From a virus: 64,000 nucleotides of DNA. The first letter of the stretch is position 1, and every line of letters begins with the position of its first letter. Shown here piece after piece: positions 57,681 through 64,000 of the stretch. The position numbers and the translations under genes were made by a program. The DNA is taken from IMG/VR virus record IMGVR_UViG_3300027887_000007, positions 32,001 through 96,000 of that record; one strand, given 5' to 3'. Under the pieces are notes generated by a model that saw nothing but the letters and a program-made list of their open reading frames with translations, did not search any database and had not been told where the DNA came from.

Positions 57681-60352
57681 GCGTACTGGCCTCCGGTCGC
57701 TGACGTTCCAGACGAGTCTCCTGGGAAGTAGTTAGCGCCGCCGCCGTTTGTGTTGATCACGCCGTTCAGGGTTACTTGGTACCGGGAACCGGTTGCTGAC
57801 CCGCTGTAGGTTGATGATGTGTCCTGAACCACTCCGGCCAAAGATGCGTATGCAAAGGCCGTAAACGCTGGAGTCCCAGTAATCGTCACTGTGTGGGCGG
57901 AAGTCTTGTTCACCCTGCCCTGGCTTGTTGCTACATGGGAGGTCGCACCGCCGCTGATTGCGTAGCTTCCTACGCAAGAGATTATCCCGTTGAATCCAGC
58001 ATCGAGGTGGTAGACGGAGCAAGCGCCGAAATCGATGTTCTGGAACTTTATTGATGCAGCTTGAGCCCTTAAACCACCAAGCCCACCAGAGTTCGTGATC
58101 TTGAGATCCTTGATGAACACAGGATTTACGGTTGGGCAACCAACAACCGCTATGTTGTACGCAGCCGTTGTGTTGATCACGACGTTTGCTGGCGTTGAGG
58201 CGTTCCCCTGAACCGTTAGAGTGGCAGTTCCAAGCCCATGAAGCAGGCCGATCTGCATCCCAGCCGTGTAGGTTCCATCTCCGATTTGTACTGTGACGTT
58301 ATACCCGGCGATGTCCAGCTGCATGATCGAGTCAGCAGCCTTCTGCAGAGTGAGGAACGCACCACCGGCCGAGTCTGTCAGCCCATCGTTGCTGTCGTTC
58401 CCATCGGCGCGGACGTAGTAGGTCCGGTCTGCCGTTAGCCTAGTCCTGACGTTCAGCGGGTTGCTCGCCCCGGCCCCCTGCTGGTAAACGTCTCCAGTGT
58501 TGAGATCGAGGTAGAGGTCCCCTGTGGCCTCGCCACTAATCGTGCCTGGCGCTCCATCCCCCGTGTACCAGAATGACCCCCGGACTCCGGATCCTCCCGA
58601 GTAGGCGCTGATCCCAGAATATCCAGATGGGCCGCTGTAGCCAGATGGGCCCGAGTAGCCTGAAAATCCCGAAACTCCCGAATACCCCGAAATCCCCGAG
58701 TAGCCCGATCGCCCGGAATACCCCGAGTAGCCTGAGTCGGAACTGTAGCCGGAAATGCCCGAGTAGCCAGATCGTCCCGAATAGCCCGAGTAGCCCGAAT
58801 CTGAGCTGTAGCCAGATCTTCCCGAGTAGCCAGAATATCCCGAGTCAGAACTGTAGCCGGAGATTCCCGAGTACCCCGACCGGCCAGAATAGCCCGAGTA
58901 GCCGCTGTCGGAAGAGTACCCAGAAATCCCGCTGTAGCCGGAAATTCCCGAGTAAGCCGAAATCCCTGAGTAGCCTGATCGCCCAGAATAGCCCGAGTAG
59001 CCTGAATCTGAACTGTAGCCCGAAATCCCTGAGTAGCCCGACGTGCCAGAATATCCGGAGGGCGACGAATAGCCGGAGATCCCAGAGTACCCAGAATCAG
59101 ACGAGTAGCCTGAGATGCCGCTGAACCCGGAAATCCCAGAAAATCCTGAGTAGCCCGACCGGCCCGAATACCCACTGTAGCCCGAGGCTCCTTTGGCTCC
59201 CTGCATGGCGAACACAAGCATGTCCGCCTTGTTTAGGCCCGGAGTGGCCGCTCCGGACGCCCTGCGGAATCTCAGCTTGACCGTGTAGGTCCCTGCCGGG
59301 AGCTCGGCAGTCCTGTGGGTGATCGCCCCGATTCCGTAGTCGTTCGTTCCGGAGAGGTACCGCTGGTACTCGTCGTAGTCTACCCCGTCGATCTGTATTG
59401 CGATCCCGATGGTAGATGGAGCGCCGCCGCTCTGCGTCCCGATCTCGAAACTTGCCAGCGCGGCAATCTCGACCGCCTCTTCGGTCGTGATTGTCGTCGA
59501 CATCCCGCTGACGTCCTCTAGCGTAGCGGACGTAGTGCCAACGGGACTGTCCAGCTCGACGTAAGAACTCGGGAGTTTTCCAGCAACGGCATCCGCGCCG
59601 GGAAGCCCTGAGTAGCCCGAGATCCCAGAGTAGGCGCTAATGCCTGAAAACCCCGAAACGGACGAGTAACCCGAGAGTCCCGAGTAACCCGAGTATCCAC
59701 TGTCTCCCGGCCCCGAAAACCCTGAGTACCCAGACTGCCCAGCTCCCGAGTATCCAGAGTACCCTGAAAACCCGGATCCGCCCCCGGGGTCTCCCTTTTC
59801 TCCGGAGTAACCAGAGTATCCCGACGTTCCGGGGCTGGAGTACCCAGAGAATCCAGACTCCCCGCCGGCCGGGCCGGAAAAGCCACTGTAACCGGATGTG
59901 CCGGGGCTGGAGAAACCAGAAGTTCCGCTGTATCCGGAGTAACCCGATGTGCCGGGGCTTGAGTAGCCAGAGAATCCCGAGACCGAGATTCCCGAGTACC
60001 CTGAGATGCCCGAGTCTCCGCTATAGCCAGAAGTGCCGGGGCTTGAGTACCCAGAAGGGCCGCTGTAACCCGATGGGCCTGAGTATCCGGAGGTCGATTC
60101 TCCCGAGTACCCGGATGGGCCGGAGTAGCCAGAGGTCGAGACCCCCGAGTATCCGGAGTAACCAGAAATGCCGTAACCGGAGTACCCGGAGGTCCCGAAA
60201 GTGTACGGAAGGGCGTTCCAGTTCTGAATGCCGTCGCCGAGCTTGATCTTGCCAGTGTCAAGCTCAACACCAACTTCGCCTTCAGCCAGAAGTGGATTCG
60301 CTGCGGTCCACTCTGCTGCGAGGCCGCGGCGAAGCTGGATGTGGACAGCCAT
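57677..60352 (-). CDS. Fibre protein: Mtd_N/hyaluronidase-N domain, Gly-Tyr-Ser repeats, C1q/BclA-like module, knob, C-terminal beta-helix
   Basis: IQLRRG.AAEWTAANPLLAEGEVGVELDTGKIKLGDG...WNALPY; two GYS tracts; TYYVRADGNDSNDGL....AFLTLQKA..GTY. Confidence 0.85.
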   Translation of the reverse strand: MAVHIQLRRGLAAEWTAANPLLAEGEVGVELDTGKIKLGDGIQNWNALPYTFGTSGYSGYGISGYSGYSGVSTSGYSGPSGYSGESTSGYSGPSGYSGPSGYSSPGTSGYSGDSGISGYSGISVSGFSGYSSPGTSGYSGYSGTSGFSSPGTSGYSGFSGPAGGESGFSGYSSPGTSGYSGYSGEKGDPGGGSGFSGYSGYSGAGQSGYSGFSGPGDSGYSGYSGLSGYSSVSGFSGISAYSGISGYSGLPGADAVAGKLPSSYVELDSPVGTTSATLEDVSGMSTTITTEEAVEIAALASFEIGTQSGGAPSTIGIAIQIDGVDYDEYQRYLSGTNDYGIGAITHRTAELPAGTYTVKLRFRRASGAATPGLNKADMLVFAMQGAKGASGYSGYSGRSGYSGFSGISGFSGISGYSSDSGYSGISGYSSPSGYSGTSGYSGISGYSSDSGYSGYSGRSGYSGISAYSGISGYSGISGYSSDSGYSGYSGRSGYSGISGYSSDSGYSGYSGRSGYSSDSGYSGYSGRSGYSGISGYSSDSGYSGYSGRSGYSGISGYSGVSGFSGYSGPSGYSGPSGYSGISAYSGGSGVRGSFWYTGDGAPGTISGEATGDLYLDLNTGDVYQQGAGASNPLNVRTRLTADRTYYVRADGNDSNDGLTDSAGGAFLTLQKAADSIMQLDIAGYNVTVQIGDGTYTAGMQIGLLHGLGTATLTVQGNASTPANVVINTTAAYNIAVVGCPTVNPVFIKDLKITNSGGLGGLRAQAASIKFQNIDFGACSVYHLDAGFNGIISCVGSYAISGGATSHVATSQGRVNKTSAHTVTITGTPAFTAFAYASLAGVVQDTSSTYSGSATGSRYQVTLNGVINTNGGGANYFPGDSSGTSATGGQYA

Positions 60353-60486
60353 TACACGCCCCCACCATCAATCGGGTCGATTCCGCCGTAGACGGAGGTT
60401 GGAGTACCGCCGTCGACGTCTCCAAAGTTCTCAGACGTCCCCTCGCCGCCGCCGCCACCGATGATGATGCAGCTCTCTATCTCCAT
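60352..60486 (-). CDS. Small acidic DGG-motif protein (not in ORF track)
   Basis: MEIESCIIIGGGGEGTSENFGDVDGGTPTSVYGGIDPIDGGGV; TAATG-coupled to the fibre gene. Confidence 0.55.
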   Translation of the reverse strand: MEIESCIIIGGGGGEGTSENFGDVDGGTPTSVYGGIDPIDGGGV

Positions 60487-60488
60487 CG

Positions 60489-60893
60489 TCAGAGCGCCTG
60501 TCCGTGCGGCCCGACTAGGCCACCGGGACTATCGGGTTTGACCATTGGAGGAATCAGGTCAATCGGCTTTGCGACTTCGATTTCCCGATAGCACCGGTTA
60601 CACTTGAATGAAACCTGTCCGTCCGTCGTTGCCCCCTTTACGTCGTACATCGACCGCTTGTTGCGGGCTCCGCAGCCGGGACACTCAAAGACGACGTAGT
60701 CGGTCCCGGGTACGCGCTGGTTACTCCGGAGGTACCGCTTGATCGACTTTTTCAGCCTCAATCCTAGCTTTACGGCTTCCTTTGCGAGCTCGCCATCCGG
60801 ATCAGGAAGTGGCTCTCGAACGGTCTTTGTCTTATGTCCTCCACCCTTGTTCACTACCTTGACGGCGGTAGTTCTCAGAATAACTCCCGGCAT
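60489..60893 (-). CDS. Zinc-ribbon protein (134 aa)
   Basis: True start MPGVILR after the portal stop; CPGC...CNRC. Confidence 0.65.
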   Translation of the reverse strand: MPGVILRTTAVKVVNKGGGHKTKTVREPLPDPDGELAKEAVKLGLRLKKSIKRYLRSNQRVPGTDYVVFECPGCGARNKRSMYDVKGATTDGQVSFKCNRCYREIEVAKPIDLIPPMVKPDSPGGLVGPHGQAL

Positions 60894-60901
60894 GTTTCCC
60901 C

Positions 60902-62791
60902 CTATTGGATTTGACCTGTTTGCGTTGCAGATGGGCCAGTGGCATTGCTGATTTTCTCCATGGCACCCGGCAACATTCCTCCACCGCCGGCAGCTCCCGC
61001 CTGCTTCTGCCGGATGGCTTGGATGAGGATGTTGGCACCCTCTTCCTCGAGGTTTTTCTTGATCGAGTCGTACAGGCCTCCCAGATCGAGAGACTCCAGC
61101 ATGTTCTTCATATCCATGTCGCCCATTCGCCGCAGGTTGAGCATGAGCGCTTGCTGCGGCATTCGGGCCGACTTGAGCAGGGATCCGGGGACCATCATGA
61201 ACGTAAACGCCTTCCAATGCTCCTCGGCAGGCGTCCCGTACGGGACCATCGTCCCGGGGTCCCAGTCGAAGTCCTCCCACGTCAATCCCTCGGACCCTAG
61301 AAGCTGCATCCTCCGTTTCAGCGTGTAGAACTGGAAGGCGTTGGGGACCCACTGCTGGCCCATCTGTTTCATGAAGTCTTCGATGTACCGTACCTTGAGC
61401 CTGACAAGGGTCTGTTGCCCCTCCTTCAGTTGCTCCAGAGTGTCTCCTGCCGGGACGATACCCCTGCGAGAGATGCTCCCCATGTCCAGAAAACCGCTCT
61501 GGCTGTCTAGTTCCTGCTGGGCGTACAGCATCGTCTGGAAGACGAAGCTGGGCAGGACAGGCGCCGGCCCCCACGTCGGAGCCTGAATCGAAGCCGGGGA
61601 GTAGAAAATCTTCGCATTCGGCATGTTCGGGTCGAGATTCTTCTTCACCGAAGCGCCGAAGGCGTTGTCCGGAGCAAGGAGTTGCGGGTTGACCGCCTTC
61701 TTGACCGCGTCAAGGATCCCTGCGAGGACGTTGTTCATGACATCCTGCAGCGGGATCTGGTTGCGGAACTCGGACAGTCCCGGGAACTGCCACGGGACCC
61801 GGTTCAACCGGAGGCACTGGAACGGGAACTGACCGTGGTAGTGCGGATTTGGACCGTCGTAAAGGACAACCGGGCCGCCGAGGATCATTAGCCGGCCGCG
61901 AGGATAAAGCTTCTGGCCAGGCTGGACGGCGTATCCGTACTCCCTCTGCTGATCCCCGACCCAAACTGTTGCGTTTGACGTATTTCTCTGGCTGTCCCTG
62001 ATCCAGAACTCCCGGTAGAGAGCCATCGGTATTGCGGAGTCTCGGGCTTGGCTTGTGGTTTGGCCAAACACTCGGCGCATCTGGGGGGATAGCACCTGCC
62101 AAGCCCGTCCCCACATCCCCGTGCCGGCCTGAGACGGGCCACCAAGGTACTGCGAATACTCCTTGTCGACAGGGACTTTGTAGCCTTTGAGGGGGTACTT
62201 CTCCTTGAACCATGAGATCGGCTTGGGGGCGCGGTAGATGACTCCAAGAGACCGCTGTAGCGTATGGGACGGCCTGATCGGAATCAGGTCCATCGCGCCA
62301 AGGGCTGTCAGCTCCATCTCGCCTTCGCCGTTCTTCAGGTCTGGATTCCAGATCAAACGGCCGTAACCGATCGTGAGAGCCGCGTGGACGATGATCATGG
62401 CAAGGGTCATGTCGATGTCCTCGTTCATGAACCAAGCCCGGACCATCTTGTTGAGGACCTTCGCGTGTTCGTCGTACAGCTTGTTGTTCGCTTTGATCTC
62501 GAACGAAGGCCGGATGTCCGTGAGGTAGGAAATCAGCTGAACTAGGTTAGTCCACAGCCGGTTGGCGACCGGTGCGGCCTTGTAGCTAGGCCGGCGCTCG
62601 ACCCACTGCTTCCCCATCAGGTAGTTGATGGCGCGGTCGATCTGGACTACGTCGTCGTTCCGCTCGAGGTCGTCCTTCGCCTCTTCAAAGACGGCCTCAC
62701 ACCACCGGCTGACCAAGAGATCGTGTGCAGTCTCGTCTAGCGGCCATTGGGTAGCGCTCGGGTCGTACGAGTACCAACCGGGTAAATCCAT
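60902..62791 (-). CDS. Portal protein (P22-like)
   Basis: YLMGKQW, P..NRL, ALTIGYG.L.W, YDGPNP..HGQFPF, LQDVMN, size 629 aa; downstream of terminase. Confidence 0.88.
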   Translation of the reverse strand: MDLPGWYSYDPSATQWPLDETAHDLLVSRWCEAVFEEAKDDLERNDDVVQIDRAINYLMGKQWVERRPSYKAAPVANRLWTNLVQLISYLTDIRPSFEIKANNKLYDEHAKVLNKMVRAWFMNEDIDMTLAMIIVHAALTIGYGRLIWNPDLKNGEGEMELTALGAMDLIPIRPSHTLQRSLGVIYRAPKPISWFKEKYPLKGYKVPVDKEYSQYLGGPSQAGTGMWGRAWQVLSPQMRRVFGQTTSQARDSAIPMALYREFWIRDSQRNTSNATVWVGDQQREYGYAVQPGQKLYPRGRLMILGGPVVLYDGPNPHYHGQFPFQCLRLNRVPWQFPGLSEFRNQIPLQDVMNNVLAGILDAVKKAVNPQLLAPDNAFGASVKKNLDPNMPNAKIFYSPASIQAPTWGPAPVLPSFVFQTMLYAQQELDSQSGFLDMGSISRRGIVPAGDTLEQLKEGQQTLVRLKVRYIEDFMKQMGQQWVPNAFQFYTLKRRMQLLGSEGLTWEDFDWDPGTMVPYGTPAEEHWKAFTFMMVPGSLLKSARMPQQALMLNLRRMGDMDMKNMLESLDLGGLYDSIKKNLEEEGANILIQAIRQKQAGAAGGGGMLPGAMEKISNATGPSATQTGQIQ

Positions 62792-62806
62792 GGACCCCTC
62801 CGATGC

Positions 62807-63127
62807 TCAGTCTACTAGGGTTGTGTCAATCCCCGGCTGGGGGGCTCTTTTCTTGGGCGGGGCATCCTTGGGATCCGGGCAGTGAACCACTCCGTACTCG
62901 TTGCAGTACCGGGAAAGGTCCTTCTGGCGCCCGACGTGGATTTCTCTGCCATCCGGGTCAAGGTTTCTGGTGTTGAAGGCGGCGAAAACCTTGGGGGAGT
63001 ACCGGCTGAAGAGACGCTCTCCGGGTCCCCCGCACTTTGGGCAGGTACCGCTGCAATCGGTAACGTGGGGTGAGTACCACTCCCAGATGTGGTCGCACTC
63101 GAAGCACTGGTCCTCGTAGACTGGCAT
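62807..63127 (-). CDS. FmdB-family zinc ribbon protein
   Basis: MPVYEDQCFECDH..E...CPKCGG..ERLFS; GGAGG RBS. Confidence 0.8.
   Translation of the reverse strand: MPVYEDQCFECDHIWEWYSPHVTDCSGTCPKCGGPGERLFSRYSPKVFAAFNTRNLDPDGREIHVGRQKDLSRYCNEYGVVHCPDPKDAPPKKRAPQPGIDTTLVD
62809..62829 (-). promoter_or_regulatory. Putative promoter motif TTGACA-N9-TAGACT upstream of the portal
   Basis: Ends just ahead of the GGAGGGG RBS of the portal gene. Confidence 0.4.
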
Positions 63128-63137
63128 GATCGCCTCC

Positions 63138-63701
63138 TCAGTAGAACCAGAGGTTGTCGAGACCGTCCTCAACCCGGGAGTTCATGTAGCGCTCAAGCGA
63201 CATTTGCCCTGACTTGGCTACGTCTTCGAGCGGCTGGACGTGCCTCTCTGGGATCATCAGGGTAATCGGAACATCTCCACCGATCTTCCTGATCTGGCCA
63301 GACAGGACTCTGGCCTCTGCCCTCTCGACCCTCTCACGCATGTCCTTCATTTGCTCGTTCATGGCAAAAACGGCTCCGAACAGCGACGAGGAGTCGGTGA
63401 ATTTTCCGAGGACGCTCTCGAGGCGAAGGCGGTCGACCTCCTCAATCCTCATTCTCGTATCAGGAGGCGCCGAGGCTTCCTCTTTCGGCGGCTCCGGAAC
63501 TGGCGGCGGGGCCGCGGCTCTTCTCGTCCTACCCATCTCGAGCAATGCCGCGGCGAGGACATCGCGGTCCTCCCACTGGTGACCGGCGGTGCAAAAGTGG
63601 CTAAACTTAGCTCCCGGCCTGTAAATTAGGTCGTTTTCGACTCCACCCTTGTAACACTCCGGACACAACTCTCTAGGCTTTGGTTTGTTGGCGACGGCCA
63701 T
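63138..63701 (-). CDS. Hypothetical protein with N-terminal Zn finger and C-terminal ribbon-helix-helix-like segment
   Basis: CPEC...CTAGH; ITLMIPERHVQPLEDVAKSGQMSLERYM. Confidence 0.6.
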   Translation of the reverse strand: MAVANKPKPRELCPECYKGGVENDLIYRPGAKFSHFCTAGHQWEDRDVLAAALLEMGRTRRAAAPPPVPEPPKEEASAPPDTRMRIEEVDRLRLESVLGKFTDSSSLFGAVFAMNEQMKDMRERVERAEARVLSGQIRKIGGDVPITLMIPERHVQPLEDVAKSGQMSLERYMNSRVEDGLDNLWFY

Positions 63702-63709
63702 CTCCGCTC

Positions 63710-64000
63710 CTATAGCATGTAAAAGTCAGGAATTCCCGTCCGATCCTGAGCAATGTTGTCCTTGTCGTAAAGCAATGAGTAATCCGTGTTTTGGAAGTCC
63801 TGATTGGCTGGAATCTTCTCTTCTTCTAACTTGGAGTCCATTCTTGGACGCAACTGGGTGGCGCAGTAGTAGGTGATCATGGCCGACATGATCCCGTCAT
63901 CGTGCTGGCCGGCTCTGGCCTCGTACCTCTCGGTCCCCTCCTCTACTTCCACGAAGTCGAACATCTCGTCGATGTCTGCCTCGGCCCGGATGATGACGGT
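63710..64000 (-). CDS. terL: Terminase large subunit, C-terminal nuclease end (partial)
   Basis: Frame open to the window edge; IDEMFDF..YEARAGQHDDGIMSAMI matches the TerL C-terminal HDD motif; upstream of the portal. Confidence 0.85.
   Translation of the reverse strand, partial: TVIIRAEADIDEMFDFVEVEEGTERYEARAGQHDDGIMSAMITYYCATQLRPRMDSKLEEEKIPANQDFQNTDYSLLYDKDNIAQDRTGIPDFYML

Noticed and set aside
56503-60273. Alternative-frame ATRAT/DTLG-repeat ORFs over the GYS genes
   Set aside because: They are an expected by-product of the triplet repeat; unlike the nested candidates, they have no RBS and no globular composition.
57677-60352. Diversity-generating retroelement suggested by the Mtd_N domain
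   Set aside because: No reverse transcriptase and no adenine-mismatched TR/VR pair was seen in the window; Mtd_N is a generic fibre anchor.
60489-61574. 361-aa ORF overlapping the portal
   Set aside because: The upstream part is an off-frame read of the portal gene; the real gene starts at 60893.
1-64000. Plus-strand ORFs in the track (e.g. 36255-37283, 37599-38303, 24223-24891)
   Set aside because: They are antisense shadows of GC3-rich minus-strand genes, with no RBS or recognisable motifs.
1-64000. Stop-codon recoding, tRNA/rRNA genes, integrase or IS elements
   Set aside because: The standard code gives dense, coupled ORFs using all three stops; no such genes were recognised by eye.

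Overview
The window is the morphogenesis and lysis region of a large, GC-rich tailed dsDNA phage or prophage. All supported genes lie on the minus strand, mostly with TGATG/ATGA/TAATG coupling. In transcription order (right to left): terminase large subunit 3' end; Zn-finger genes; P22-like portal; an ~18 kb insert of (Gly-Tyr-Ser)n fibre genes, LamG lectin modules, glycosyltransferases, a B12-radical SAM enzyme, a methyltransferase, a YkgJ protein and small basic proteins; scaffold; major capsid; decoration; neck adaptors; a duplicated lectin-appendage cassette; tail nozzle; GNAT; ejection proteins; a 5952-aa polyvalent DarB-like protein (transglycosylase, GHKL ATPase, zincins, adenine methyltransferase, strawberry-notch SF2 helicase, LPD38-like); a stand-alone receiver domain; and a lysis cassette with spanins. 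No tape measure, tube or sheath gene was recognised, so the phage looks podovirus-like, and the spanins imply a diderm host. Main leads: (1) two apparent genes nested in the +1 frame of the giant protein's linkers, flanking its methyltransferase; (2) a candidate virion-fibre glycosylation/modification system acting on Gly-Tyr-Ser repeats; (3) apparent donor-strand (split-domain) assembly of appendages; (4) a shared RKxxRKxSR C-terminal tag on six small proteins; (5) a TTGAC(A/T)-N9-TAnnnT motif ahead of three operons. All family calls come from motif recognition by eye; no searches were run.
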